From: Spirochaetota bacterium
GTDB taxonomy: Bacteria; Spirochaetota; UBA4802; UBA5550
DNA length: 64,000 nt
Assembly: GCA_963664815.2 (NCBI GenBank)
Contig: CAXXHB010000003.1
Span: 3,988,513-4,052,512, forward strand
Direction: 5' to 3'
Below the pieces are notes generated by a model. The model was not told where the DNA came from, ran no database searches, and saw only the letters and a program-made list of their open reading frames with translations. Below are positions 25,970-36,062 of the stretch, in pieces; position 1 is the first letter of the stretch; every line of letters begins with the position of its first letter. Position numbers and translations under genes: made by a program.

Positions 25970-26608
25970 TTATTTCTTTCCACCACTGTTTTTTATGATT
26001 TGCTCACCCATCTGTCTGAATAAATTATAGAAATCCTCAAATTCATCTTTATCCCGAAGATTTCTCATTTTCGGTTTTCCTCCGTTCAGGATTTCATTTC
26101 CATACATTGTCATTAAATATATAGGTCCTGCAATCCGGTGAGTATGTTTAATCATCCATATAAATATAATAAACAAACCAGACAGAGTTATAATTATTAC
26201 TCCAACTATCAGGTATGTGTTTGTTGCAATTATTTTATTGTTTGATTTAATAATCTCTTCATTTGCAGAACTCGACACGTTGAGGTTTCTTGTACTTTCA
26301 TTATAATCTTTAGTTAAATCAACAGCAATTCCGGAAAATGTTTTCTGATCAACACCTGTTGGTATCATTGAAAATTTCAGATAAATACTCTGCTGCAAAT
26401 CCAGTATTTTTTTTATATTTTCAATATTGCTCATTATCTTTTTATTGTTCTCTGCTGTTTTTTTGTTGTTAACGGATATCATTATTCCAACAGCAAGAAT
26501 TATAACAGAAATTAATATGGTTACTGTTCCTACCATTGTAATGGCCTTTCCATACTGAAATTTCTTATTAATAACATAACTCCTTCGCTTTTTCATCTGT
26601 ATCTCCAA
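25970..26608 (-). CDS. Two-TM membrane protein with a HAMP-like juxtamembrane segment and no output domain
   Basis: KKRRSYVINKKFQYGKA is followed by TM1, a periplasmic stretch of about 110 aa, TM2 and HTHRIAGPIYLMT, a HAMP-like AS1 segment. Confidence 0.5.
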   Translation of the reverse strand: MEIQMKKRRSYVINKKFQYGKAITMVGTVTILISVIILAVGIMISVNNKKTAENNKKIMSNIENIKKILDLQQSIYLKFSMIPTGVDQKTFSGIAVDLTKDYNESTRNLNVSSSANEEIIKSNNKIIATNTYLIVGVIIITLSGLFIIFIWMIKHTHRIAGPIYLMTMYGNEILNGGKPKMRNLRDKDEFEDFYNLFRQMGEQIIKNSGGKK

Positions 26609-26689
26609 CTTTTTTAATTAAAGAACATTCTAATCAGTAAAAAATCTATTACAAGTAAATTTATTATTTTGAGTAAATAAATCCGAGAT

Positions 26690-28297
26690 TCATTGTAATA
26701 TTAAATCAGTAGTAATACTTTTATAAATATCATTAAATGATTTATAACGCAATTTAATATTTGCAGCTTCTTTCGCTATTAAATCGCCCTCTTCCATTGT
26801 CAGTTCACTAAACTTCTTCGAATTAATTTTTAATCTGATCTGTTTAAGTTTATATAGAGAGGTATCATTATTTACTGTTATTTCAAGCTCCCTCAATTTT
26901 TCATTATCCTGTTCACAGTATATCTCCTTCTCAGAGAGAATTCTCATTATATCATAGCAATCGCCTTTTAATTTCTTAAGTACAACCCTCAATCTGCAGA
27001 ACTTGTTTTCTCTTGAGTATTTAATCTTTTCTTCACCTGCGACAAGTTTTTTCATCTCTTTATTAAGTCTTCCTCTTGCATCTGCAAGAAATTCCATGTA
27101 CCGTAAACGCTTCTCTTCGCCCGATATAGTCTTTGTTGTAGAACCAAGAATTATTAATTGTAAATAATTTACGTTTTTGCTCCCGGTTGATGTATCAATG
27201 ATTTTCTTTATAGTGGCATCTTCATTGATTTTACTTTTTTTATAAAATTCTTCAACTAATTCTGTAATTCTATAAGAATTTTTCATAAAGTCATTAATAG
27301 ATTTTACATAATCTTCCCTCAGTTTATGTTCAACAACCTGAATATCATAAACAATTTTATAAAATTCTTTTACATCTATTGCAATGGCTTCACAAGAATC
27401 TATATCTGTCCCTCTATAAAAATGATTTATAATTCCGTTGCGGGTTATCCTCAAATCTGCAGTCGTTGATTTTACATCACAATTGACTTCCCATTCATTC
27501 TGTAATTTTAATTCTTTATTATATCCCTTTAGTAAAGCAAAAAGTGCATTTCCCACCATTTTATTCACATGTGATTCATTAATAATCATCTTTATTTCTT
27601 TATCTTCCTGTGCGATTAACCCATTAAGTTCCAGTATTCCACCTTTGTGAAAAGTAAAATCTGTTGCAAACACTCTCATTTTACGACGCAGCTTAAAACC
27701 GATATTTTCCAGAATATTTACAGCCGTATCTTTCAGTTGCTGTACCTGTGAATCAGAAAGCTTCCCTCCATTTACAGTAAAGGTCAATTTAATACTATAG
27801 CCATTTCCTGTATCCAGAAAATCTCTAAGATTTTCCGGAAGATCATTTTGTTTTAATGCATTATATGTTTTAAGCTCAATTTTTTCTGAAAAAGATGGAA
27901 TATGAGTCAGCAGTTTTGGTCTGAGTCTCTCTGCAAGAATTACTTTATCATATTCATAATTGAATTTTAATGCTTCTTTAATTTTAACAATCAAATAGAG
28001 ATCATTATCTATAAACCCGATTGTGCAGAAGGCTTCATTAACCTCTCCTTCAATTATTTTTCTTCTGTAACTTTCAAGGAGATCCCTTAAATTATTTATT
28101 TTGTCATTATTTATTTTATATTTAAATAATAGTTCTTTTACTCCACTTCCGTCAGTCAAATCCCAGCGGGAAAGACATAACTGCGGTGTAGTATCATCTC
28201 CCCCATAAATAACATCACTCTTTTTCATCGTCTTTGAATAACCGGGTGATAAAAGAATAAATAAAAAAAAAGTACAAATAAAAGCAAAGTACTTCAC
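26690..28297 (-). CDS. Hypothetical secreted protein
   Basis: 535-aa ORF with a GTG start and signal peptide MKYFAFICTFFLFILLSPGYS. The C-terminal half is Lys/Glu-rich and helical. No motif recognised. Confidence 0.55.
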   Translation of the reverse strand: MKYFAFICTFFLFILLSPGYSKTMKKSDVIYGGDDTTPQLCLSRWDLTDGSGVKELLFKYKINNDKINNLRDLLESYRRKIIEGEVNEAFCTIGFIDNDLYLIVKIKEALKFNYEYDKVILAERLRPKLLTHIPSFSEKIELKTYNALKQNDLPENLRDFLDTGNGYSIKLTFTVNGGKLSDSQVQQLKDTAVNILENIGFKLRRKMRVFATDFTFHKGGILELNGLIAQEDKEIKMIINESHVNKMVGNALFALLKGYNKELKLQNEWEVNCDVKSTTADLRITRNGIINHFYRGTDIDSCEAIAIDVKEFYKIVYDIQVVEHKLREDYVKSINDFMKNSYRITELVEEFYKKSKINEDATIKKIIDTSTGSKNVNYLQLIILGSTTKTISGEEKRLRYMEFLADARGRLNKEMKKLVAGEEKIKYSRENKFCRLRVVLKKLKGDCYDIMRILSEKEIYCEQDNEKLRELEITVNNDTSLYKLKQIRLKINSKKFSELTMEEGDLIAKEAANIKLRYKSFNDIYKSITTDLILQ

Positions 28298-28579
28298 TTA
28301 GGTACCCCTTTGCTGCAATATGAATTTAATATTTAAAAAAAAATTATATAGTTCTTTATAAATATTAAATTTTTATTATGTATTTCAACGAATATCAACT
28401 CTTTTTAAAATAATTTTAACAATCACAAAATTTTCATTTATTCTATGCATTATTTCCGGATCAATAAAAATTGAATCATTATATATAAATATCTCATTTA
28501 ATCATATATGATTAATTTAACGCTTAAATAAAATAATTATTGATATATTCGCACAGTTTTTAAAAATTGTAAAACCTTT

Positions 28580-28613
28580 CTGCTGAAAATGTTTTAAAAA
28601 CATATTTCAGCAG
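28580..28613 (+). promoter_or_regulatory. Imperfect hairpin in the rpsF 5' leader
   Basis: ctgctgaaaatgtttt / aaaaacatatttcagcag forms a stem of about 14 bp with one bulge. It ends 25 nt before the rpsF ATG and just upstream of the GGAAGGAGG RBS. Confidence 0.35.
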
Positions 28614-28638
28614 CAAATACCACAGGAAGGAGGAAAGA

Positions 28639-28926
28639 ATGAAGAATTACGAACTTACTGTCATTGTAAGGAATCGTGACACGGAATCTCTCAAAGAAAA
28701 GGTAAAAGAGATTCTTCTGAAACACGGTGCAATAATAACAAAAGAAGATCACTGGGGAATTAAAAAATTAGCCTACGAAATTTCAAAAGAACGTGAAGGC
28801 TACTACATGTTTATGCTGGTAGATGTCGCTCCGGATGCTGTTGACAGAATACAGAAGGAATTCGGACTCAACGCTGACATACTCAGATATCTTTTTGTAA
28901 GACCAGAAGACAAGAAAACTGCGTAA
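28639..28926 (+). CDS. rpsF: 30S ribosomal protein S6
   Basis: MKNYELTVIVRN...KLAYEI.KEREGYYMFM is typical S6. Strong RBS, and the conserved rpsF-ssb-rpsR order is present. Confidence 0.95.
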   Translation: MKNYELTVIVRNRDTESLKEKVKEILLKHGAIITKEDHWGIKKLAYEISKEREGYYMFMLVDVAPDAVDRIQKEFGLNADILRYLFVRPEDKKTA

Positions 28927-28940
28927 CCGGAGAAAAACTC

Positions 28941-29399
28941 ATGGCAAGCGACCTTAACAGAGTAGTACTGATTGGCAGACTTACACGCGATCCGGAAATC
29001 CGCTATACACCAGCTGGTACCGCAGTAGCAAGTTTTTCACTGGCAAACAGCAGAACTTACGCTGTGACAGGTGAAAAGAAAGAACAGGTGTCTTATTTTG
29101 ACTGCATCGCTTGGTCAAAGCTCGGGGAGATTATAACCGAATACTGTAAAAAAGGACACAGAATTGCCGTTGAAGGGAGATTACAGCAGTCACGCTGGGA
29201 TGATCAGGACGGTAAAAAACGTTCAAAGGTCGAAGTCGTAATAGAAAACTTCCAGTTTTTGACAGGAAAGGGTCAGGGTGATGAATATCCTGCTGAAGCA
29301 AAAAGCAGAACTCCAGAACCGAATCATGATTTCGGTGGAAGCGCCGGAAGCGGCAATTTTGAAGAGAATCCCTTTTCAGACGACGACATACCTTTTTAA
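28941..29399 (+). CDS. ssb: Single-stranded DNA-binding protein
   Basis: OB-fold N-terminus LNRVVLIGRLTRDPEIRYTPAGTAVASFSLA and the acidic C-terminal tip DDDIPF. Confidence 0.95.
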   Translation: MASDLNRVVLIGRLTRDPEIRYTPAGTAVASFSLANSRTYAVTGEKKEQVSYFDCIAWSKLGEIITEYCKKGHRIAVEGRLQQSRWDDQDGKKRSKVEVVIENFQFLTGKGQGDEYPAEAKSRTPEPNHDFGGSAGSGNFEENPFSDDDIPF

Positions 29400-29426
29400 T
29401 TAAACCTATGATTACAGGAGATAATA

Positions 29427-29780
29427 ATGTCAGAAGAAATAAAAAATATTGATACAGAAACAGTTGCAGAAACAGTTGAACCTGTAACTGAAGCAGTTGC
29501 ACCAGCTTATGGAAGGAGGCCTTATGCAAGTCAGGAAGAGGGTGGAGACAGACCGTATCAGAGAAATATGCGTTTTAAAAGAAAAGTATGCAGATTCTGC
29601 CACGATAAAAACGCACAGATAGATTATAAAGACGTGAAAATGGTGGAACAGTTTATAACTGACAGAGGTAAAATTCTGCCAAGACGTGTTACTGGAACCT
29701 GCGCCAAACACCAGAGAGGTGTCTCGCAGGCCATTAAAAGAGCAAGAATTATCGCTCTTGTTCCGTTCGTTGAAAAATAG
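29427..29780 (+). CDS. rpsR: 30S ribosomal protein S18 with an N-terminal extension of about 45 aa
   Basis: The core is [65 protein letters not shown]. Confidence 0.93.
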   Translation: MSEEIKNIDTETVAETVEPVTEAVAPAYGRRPYASQEEGGDRPYQRNMRFKRKVCRFCHDKNAQIDYKDVKMVEQFITDRGKILPRRVTGTCAKHQRGVSQAIKRARIIALVPFVEK

Positions 29781-29782
29781 TT

Positions 29783-30715
29783 TTGGGAGCTATTTTGTTC
29801 ATTGCAGGAGTCATCCTCACCATCTGTTCGGCTTTTATTTTTTACAAATGGGGATGGATAAGTTTAATTTTATACGTGCCTGCAGCGTTAGTACCAGTTG
29901 TTCTGGGAGGTTACGAAGGGGGACTTTCTCTTTATACCTTACCACTTATAACAGGAACAGTTGGCGGATACTGTTTTAAAAAGTCTTCAGGGCTCGACTT
30001 TTTTATTACTTTTTCCGCGATTCTATTTGCGATAGTTTTTACAACTGATTTTTACATATTAAAAAATGTTAAAGGCTATGATTTAGTAGAAATCGGAAAA
30101 TCTGAACTTGTCCAGATTCTGGAACAATCCCGGGGAGAGATGGAGAAGGTTTTTGATCAATATAAAACCCCGGAAGAAAACAGAAAAAAACTTAGAGAAG
30201 ATTTTAATACTTCTCTGCAGATGATTCAGGACAGTAAATGGATTCAGCTTGCAAGAGATATGATTCCTTTTACATCCTTTATTTATTCAGTAATGGTAAC
30301 AGGTTTCAGTTTTTTTCTGATGAAAAAAATATTCATGAAAACTCAGGGGAAGGATGTCAGATCCCTTGAATTTTTCAGGTTGAATGATTACACAATTTTT
30401 TTAATAATCGCCGGATGGGGCCTTTTCATGCTGCTTGATAAAACCAGTTATCCGGTAATTTCTGTTGCAGCATTGAATATTGCTTTGGCTGGTTCAGTGC
30501 TTTATATTATTCAGGCTCTGGGTATACTTAAGTTTTTTATCATCAGAAAAGGGATGCCGACAGTACTTATACCTCTTCTGATCTTTACTTTACTGATACT
30601 CGGGCCTTCTGTTATTATGTTTTCAATGATTATATTACTTGGAATAGGCACACTGGATCTCTGGGGAGATTTCAGGAAGCTTAATCCCAAAATAGAACGA
30701 AATATTAAGGAGTAA
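29783..30715 (+). CDS. DUF2232/YybS-like polytopic membrane protein
   Basis: TTG start. The protein has multiple TM helices and sits between rpsR and rplI, as yybS does in Firmicute-type rpsR...rplI-dnaB(dnaC) clusters. Confidence 0.6.
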   Translation: MGAILFIAGVILTICSAFIFYKWGWISLILYVPAALVPVVLGGYEGGLSLYTLPLITGTVGGYCFKKSSGLDFFITFSAILFAIVFTTDFYILKNVKGYDLVEIGKSELVQILEQSRGEMEKVFDQYKTPEENRKKLREDFNTSLQMIQDSKWIQLARDMIPFTSFIYSVMVTGFSFFLMKKIFMKTQGKDVRSLEFFRLNDYTIFLIIAGWGLFMLLDKTSYPVISVAALNIALAGSVLYIIQALGILKFFIIRKGMPTVLIPLLIFTLLILGPSVIMFSMIILLGIGTLDLWGDFRKLNPKIERNIKE

Positions 30716-30718
30716 ACA

Positions 30719-31162
30719 ATGAAAGTTATACTTCAGAAAGACATACCAAGCCTTGGCGATGCCGGGGACATAAAAGAAGTAGCTGAGGGATTTGCGAGAA
30801 ATTATCTCCTCCCGAAAAAACTGGTTATAGTTGCAAATGAATCTAGCAAAAAGGCTATTGATCACCAGAAAAAACTTATAAAAATCAAGAAAGAAAAAAG
30901 AAAGAAAACAAGCGAACAGCTTGCTTCCAGCATGTCAGATGTTGAGCTTACAATTCCAGCACAGGTTGGAGAAGAGGGAAAACTCTTCGGTTCAATTACC
31001 TCTATGGATATAGCAAAACAACTGAAAGAAAAAGGTTTTGAAATTGACAAAAGAAAAATTCTTCTTGATGCTCCTATCAAGCAGGAAGGCGAATTTAAGG
31101 TATCAATAAAATTAGAAGAAGGCCTTACTGCAACAGTAAAAGTTATTGTAGTTAAGGAGTAA
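30719..31162 (+). CDS. rplI: 50S ribosomal protein L9
   Basis: MKVILQKDIPSLGDAGDIKEVAEGFARNYLLPKKL is a typical L9 N-domain. Confidence 0.95.
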   Translation: MKVILQKDIPSLGDAGDIKEVAEGFARNYLLPKKLVIVANESSKKAIDHQKKLIKIKKEKRKKTSEQLASSMSDVELTIPAQVGEEGKLFGSITSMDIAKQLKEKGFEIDKRKILLDAPIKQEGEFKVSIKLEEGLTATVKVIVVKE

Positions 31163-31165
31163 ATC

Positions 31166-32524
31166 ATGACCACTGACAGGCTTCCCCCGCAGGATGTTGA
31201 AACAGAAACTGCTTGTATTGCTTCAGCCCTGCTTAACAGGGAAGCACTGCTCAGAGTTACTGAAATCCTCCAACCGGAGGATTTTTACCTTGAAAAACAC
31301 CGTATAATTTTTGAAGCGATCTCAGAGCTTGAGAAAAAATCTCTCCCGATAGATCTCACAACCCTCAGACAGATACTAATTGATAAAAGCTGCCTTGAAC
31401 GCATTGGAGGGAATTCCGCACTTGCAGAAATATATCAGTCTTCATCAACATCAGGAAATGCCGAAATATATGCAAAAAGAATAAAAGAGATGAGTCTTCG
31501 AAGAAAGCTCATTGATGTTGCAGAACTCTCTATAGAAAAATGTTTTAACAGGGGGCTGACAACTGAAGAGGTGATGGATGAAGTGGAACGGGATGTTTTC
31601 AGGGTAACAGAACAGCGCATTACATCTGACTATAAAAACATTGAAGTCATCATAAACAGTACAATGAATGACATCGACACCTGGTACAAAACAAAAAAAA
31701 TGGTAACAGGTATTGCCAGCGGATTTACAGAGCTTGATGAGCAGCTTACCGGATTCCATGGAGCGGAACTTATAATCATTGCAGCAAGGCCTGGCATGGG
31801 TAAAACCGCTTTTGCCCTTAACATTCTGAACAATGTTGCTGTAAGACACAAGACTCCTGTACTCTTTTTTTCTCTTGAAATGCCGGCAAACCAGCTGGGG
31901 CTCAGGATGCTCTGCATTGAGTCAATGGTTGATTCACAGAGAGTACGAACCGGGCATATAGATCAGGAGGAACTGAAAAAAATATTCAACATGTCTGGCA
32001 AGTTAAGCAAAGCTCCCATATATATAGACGATTCTGCCTCTGCAACAATTATGGAAATCAGGGCGAAAGCCAGAAGACTGGCTCAGAAAGTACCACTTGG
32101 GATGGTAATTGTAGATTATCTTCAGCTTATTTCAAGCTATTCAAAAGTTGACCGCCATCTTCAAATTGCTGAAATATCAAGAATGCTTAAACAACTGGCG
32201 CGCGAACTCAACATCCCGGTAATTGCTCTTTCCCAGCTTTCCCGTGCAGTTGAATCAAGAACAAACCAGGAACCAACTCTCTCCGACCTGCGGGAATCGG
32301 GAGCAATTGAGCAAGATGCAGATGTAGTTATGTTCATCTACCGTGAGGACAAGGTAAAGAAAGAAAGCGAGAAAAAAGGGATAGCTACAATAATGGTTGC
32401 AAAACAGAGAAACGGTCCTATCGGCAATATTGATCTTCGTTTCTGGGGCAAATATACCAAATTCGGTAATCTTGATGTCCCCCATTCCTATGAGGAGGCT
32501 AGCCCCACTCATGAATCACATTGA
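31166..32524 (+). CDS. dnaB: Replicative DNA helicase
   Basis: PPQDVETETACIASALL at the N-terminus, Walker A ARPGMGKTAFALN, and the SQLSRAVESR and LRESGAIEQDADVVMFIYR motifs. Confidence 0.95.
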   Translation: MTTDRLPPQDVETETACIASALLNREALLRVTEILQPEDFYLEKHRIIFEAISELEKKSLPIDLTTLRQILIDKSCLERIGGNSALAEIYQSSSTSGNAEIYAKRIKEMSLRRKLIDVAELSIEKCFNRGLTTEEVMDEVERDVFRVTEQRITSDYKNIEVIINSTMNDIDTWYKTKKMVTGIASGFTELDEQLTGFHGAELIIIAARPGMGKTAFALNILNNVAVRHKTPVLFFSLEMPANQLGLRMLCIESMVDSQRVRTGHIDQEELKKIFNMSGKLSKAPIYIDDSASATIMEIRAKARRLAQKVPLGMVIVDYLQLISSYSKVDRHLQIAEISRMLKQLARELNIPVIALSQLSRAVESRTNQEPTLSDLRESGAIEQDADVVMFIYREDKVKKESEKKGIATIMVAKQRNGPIGNIDLRFWGKYTKFGNLDVPHSYEEASPTHESH

Positions 32525-33290
32525 GAGGAGTTCATTTTTCGAATCATTTTTCGAGTCTCTAGGTATTCATATTATTTTCTTTAAAGAGACTATCTTATGG
32601 ACTTTCCGTCCTCCGTTTGACCGACAAAATATTCTCGCTCAGATGCTCGAGATCGGATATAAATCCCTTCCAGTAACAACCATAACGCTTTTTTTCACAG
32701 GGATGGTTATGGCTCTGCAGATTGGCAAAGCAATGGATGCCCTCATGTCAGGGTCCTCGGTATTTATCGGAACCGCTGTAACAATCTCTATGTTCAGGGA
32801 GCTTTGCCCGGTTTTAACTGCGCTTCTTCTTGCCGGCAGGGTTGGCTCCTCCATTGCCGCAGAGATTGGAACGATGAAGGTTACAGAACAGATAGATGCT
32901 CTTCGCACACTTTCTGCAGAACCGGTTCAGTACCTGTCTGTTCCGAGGTTTATAGCCTGTGTCGTTATGACTCCTTCCCTGACAGTTATTACTGATATAG
33001 TTGGAGTTCTTGGCGGCGCGGTAGTTGCTTTCTTATCATTGAATATTACTCCTGACAGCTATATATCAAATATAATTCAAAATATCAGTCTTGGCGATTT
33101 CATTTCCGGTATAACCAAGTCATTCTTCTTCGGGGCTGAGATCGCAATTATTTCATGCTGCAGCGGATTCAGCACCACCGGAGGCGCTGAAGGAGTTGGA
33201 AAATCCACAATTCAGGCAGTAGTCCGGTCTTCCATGGTTGTGCTTATTTCAGATTATTTTTTAACATATCTTATACAGATTATCGAATAA
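32511..33290 (+). CDS. mlaE: MlaE-family ABC transporter permease
   Basis: ATG 32511 follows a GAGGAGG RBS and overlaps the dnaB 3' end by 14 nt. Family-like segments are ...EIGYKSLPVTTITLFFTGMVMALQ..., GRVGSSIAAEIGTMKVTEQIDALRTLS... The track's 32397 start lies inside dnaB. Confidence 0.85.
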   Translation: MNHIERSSFFESFFESLGIHIIFFKETILWTFRPPFDRQNILAQMLEIGYKSLPVTTITLFFTGMVMALQIGKAMDALMSGSSVFIGTAVTISMFRELCPVLTALLLAGRVGSSIAAEIGTMKVTEQIDALRTLSAEPVQYLSVPRFIACVVMTPSLTVITDIVGVLGGAVVAFLSLNITPDSYISNIIQNISLGDFISGITKSFFFGAEIAIISCCSGFSTTGGAEGVGKSTIQAVVRSSMVVLISDYFLTYLIQIIE

Positions 33291-33395
33291 AGATAAATGC
33301 TATGATCATATGTAAAATATTTGCCCTTCTCGCCAAGGTGTAACGTATATCAGAGTATACAGTATTTTAAACAATTAGAATAAGGTTCATTAACA

Positions 33396-34079
33396 ATGAG
33401 TGTAAATAAAATCAATATTGAATTTCAAAAAAATATCAAATCCCTGAACATTAACAGTGAAGTCCTTCGTGCTTTTCAATCTGTCGACCGATCTATTTTT
33501 TTTGATCCTTTTTTTAAAAATAATATCAGTGGTTTTAAACCGATTCCAGTCGGTTTCGGTGAGTACAGCGATGACATTGTTCTTCTCACCAAAATGTTAA
33601 ATACGCTTTCACCGCAGAAGAAATGGCATTTACTTGAGATAGGCACCGGATCAGGTTACTCTACAGCACTTCTCTCAACTATGGTAAACAGAATAACAAC
33701 TATTGAGTACCATGAAAAACTCGCTTCAGAGGCAAAAAACAGACTTATATCAAACGGGTTTTTTAATATAAAATTTCTTGCGGGAGACTGTTCGGAACTT
33801 GATGATACCGCGGGATCATTTGATGGAGTTATTGTGCATGCAGGGTGCATGCACAGCCCATACGCCGCTCTTAATCTTCTCAAAAAGAACGGAGTTGCAG
33901 TTTTCCCTATGGGTACATCTATGTTGCAACAGATTACATATTATAAAAATCTGACCCTCAAGCCTGAAGACAATCCTTTTAAAAGATATAAATTTTTTGA
34001 TTCCTGTTCTGTAAATTCCATTAAAGGCATATACGGATTTACCAATGCTGAAGTTGATATTTTCATTCAGCCTGGGTAA
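33396..34079 (+). CDS. pcm: Protein-L-isoaspartate O-methyltransferase-like SAM methyltransferase
   Basis: SAM motif I LLEIGTGSGYSTALLS, plus the VDRSIFFDP and ITTIEYHEKLASEAKNRL context typical of PCMT. Confidence 0.7.
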   Translation: MSVNKINIEFQKNIKSLNINSEVLRAFQSVDRSIFFDPFFKNNISGFKPIPVGFGEYSDDIVLLTKMLNTLSPQKKWHLLEIGTGSGYSTALLSTMVNRITTIEYHEKLASEAKNRLISNGFFNIKFLAGDCSELDDTAGSFDGVIVHAGCMHSPYAALNLLKKNGVAVFPMGTSMLQQITYYKNLTLKPEDNPFKRYKFFDSCSVNSIKGIYGFTNAEVDIFIQPG

Positions 34080-34169
34080 AGCGATGATGGCAATATTTTT
34101 ATAATTGGTTTGTAAAATACCGTCTTTGTTATTCATAAAAATGCAAAACTTCATCTTCAGGAGAGATAA

Positions 34170-35096
34170 TTGATTTATCTTGCACCTATTCAGGGTATTA
34201 CAGACAGAATATTCCGAAATGTATTCCCAAAGTATTTCAGTAATGTTGACCTTTCAATTGCCCCTTTTATTTCGACATCAAAGAGAAAAAATGTCGAGAC
34301 TGTCATTTTACGGGAGCTCGATCCTGATATGAATACAGGAATTCCTGTCATTCCTCAAATATTAAGCAATGACCCCGCCAATTTTATTCCATTGGCAAAT
34401 AAACTGTATAACATGGGATATGGGACAATTAATTGGAATCTGGGGTGTCCCTTCCCTGTAGTTGTGAATAAAGGCAAAGGCTCAGGCATGCTCTGCTATC
34501 CCGGCAGGATTGAGGAGTTTCTGGATAAGACCATACCAAAAATAAAGGCAAATTTATCAATTAAACTCAGACTCGGCCTCGTTTATTCCGACGAAATCCT
34601 TTCTCTCATCCCCATATTCAACCGTTATCCAATTAAAGAATTGATTATACATCCCCGGACTGGTAAGCAGATGTACGAAGGGTTTGTTGATATTGAGATA
34701 TTCGCAAAATGCATAGAAATTTCCAGACATGAAATCGTTTATAATGGCGACTTAGATTCAACTGAAAAATATAAGTTAATATCAGAACGATTCACTTCAA
34801 TTAACAAATGGATGATCGGCCGAGGATTACTCATGGATCCATTCCTTGCTGAAAAAATTGTTACAGGGGACAGCCGGTCTTTAACTGACAGGATTAAAAT
34901 TATCAGGTCTTTTCACAATGAATTGTTTGAAGTATATTCAAAAACCATGCCCGGGTCTGTTCACATAACAGATAAGATGAAAAGTATCTGGTCTTATCTT
35001 GCAAATTTTTTTGAAAACAAAGAGGAGATAAAGAAAAATATTTATAGATCACAAAATGTAAATCAGTATCTCGATGCAGTAAATAATATTTTCTAA
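34170..35096 (+). CDS. tRNA-dihydrouridine synthase family protein
   Basis: LAPIQGITDRIFR..., INWNLGCPFPVVVNKGKGSGML (Dus catalytic Cys loop) and IHPRTGKQMYEG. Confidence 0.8.
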   Translation: MIYLAPIQGITDRIFRNVFPKYFSNVDLSIAPFISTSKRKNVETVILRELDPDMNTGIPVIPQILSNDPANFIPLANKLYNMGYGTINWNLGCPFPVVVNKGKGSGMLCYPGRIEEFLDKTIPKIKANLSIKLRLGLVYSDEILSLIPIFNRYPIKELIIHPRTGKQMYEGFVDIEIFAKCIEISRHEIVYNGDLDSTEKYKLISERFTSINKWMIGRGLLMDPFLAEKIVTGDSRSLTDRIKIIRSFHNELFEVYSKTMPGSVHITDKMKSIWSYLANFFENKEEIKKNIYRSQNVNQYLDAVNNIF

Positions 35097-35419
35097 TAAT
35101 CCACCCGAAACAACCAGATCCTCCGTTATGGTAAACCCTTTTTAAAAAATCCACACTATTAATTGTTGACTATGGTAGTTTATTTATTGAAATTACTTAT
35201 TAAAAGTTTTTTAAATAAGAATTCTCCACGCAGATGTAAGAAAATGATATTTGCTTATTTTTTTATTAAGTTATAAAAATTTATTTGAAACAGTGCAGTC
35301 TTTTGTATTTTAATGTTTTTATGAAATGATCAGAAAATACTTAATATTTGTCATTGAGGTGAATCAATGTATTTTTATAAAATATTTTTACAACTGCTAT
35401 TGCAAATTCCGGGAAATTT

Positions 35420-36052
35420 ATGATTATAGAACAGATACTTGTTACAGGGATGGCCGTTTTCTGCTATTTGGTAGTAGATGAATCTACAAAGGATGCGGTA
35501 CTTATCGATCCTGCCGGAGATTATAATTCAATCTTCAAACAGGTGGAAAAACACAATGCCAGGATTAAATATGTAATAAATACTCATGGGCATTATGATC
35601 ACACTTCAGGCAATTCTCACGTTACTTCAAAGACGGGTGCCATTCTGCTTATTCATCAGGAAGACCTCCGTCACCTTAGTGAAATCAGACGTGATGAATG
35701 TGCTCTGTTTTCTGATGAAAAAAACATTGCCGGAAAAAAGACTCTCCTTCTTAAAGACAATGACAAAATAATAATAGGGTATACTCAGCTATGGATAATT
35801 CATACTCCGGGACATTCAGCAGGAAGTATATCCATCTATTCAAACGGAAACATCTTTACCGGAGATACTCTTTTTACTGAAGGAGTAGGAAGAACCGATC
35901 TGCCGGACAGTTCACAAAGCAGTCTTGTAAATTCAATAAAAAATAAAATTCTCAGTCTGCCGGATGATACAAAAATATGGCCTGGTCATAATTACGGGAA
36001 AAAACCTGTATCAACAGTAGCTGAACAAAAAAAATATTTTGGATTAAAATAA
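35420..36052 (+). CDS. MBL-fold metallo-hydrolase (glyoxalase II-like)
   Basis: NTHGHYDHTSGN (HxHxDH), HTPGHSAGS, GDTLF..GVGRTDL. Confidence 0.85.
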   Translation: MIIEQILVTGMAVFCYLVVDESTKDAVLIDPAGDYNSIFKQVEKHNARIKYVINTHGHYDHTSGNSHVTSKTGAILLIHQEDLRHLSEIRRDECALFSDEKNIAGKKTLLLKDNDKIIIGYTQLWIIHTPGHSAGSISIYSNGNIFTGDTLFTEGVGRTDLPDSSQSSLVNSIKNKILSLPDDTKIWPGHNYGKKPVSTVAEQKKYFGLK

Positions 36053-36062
36053 CTGGAGAAAT

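Noticed and set aside
8739-28297. Idea that the array sits on a mobile genomic island
   Set aside because: I found no integrase, transposase, flanking direct repeats or adjacent tRNA. The only tRNA is at 57 kb. Composition looks like the rest of the window by eye. I cannot exclude older horizontal transfer without compositional statistics.
29131-29711. Minus-strand ORFs (132 and 93 aa) across ssb and rpsR
   Set aside because: They are antisense to universally conserved genes and have no independent support.
32397-32510. Upstream part of the track ORF 32397-33290
   Set aside because: It lies inside dnaB in another frame. The MlaE homology begins only after ATG 32511, which has a GAGGAGG RBS.
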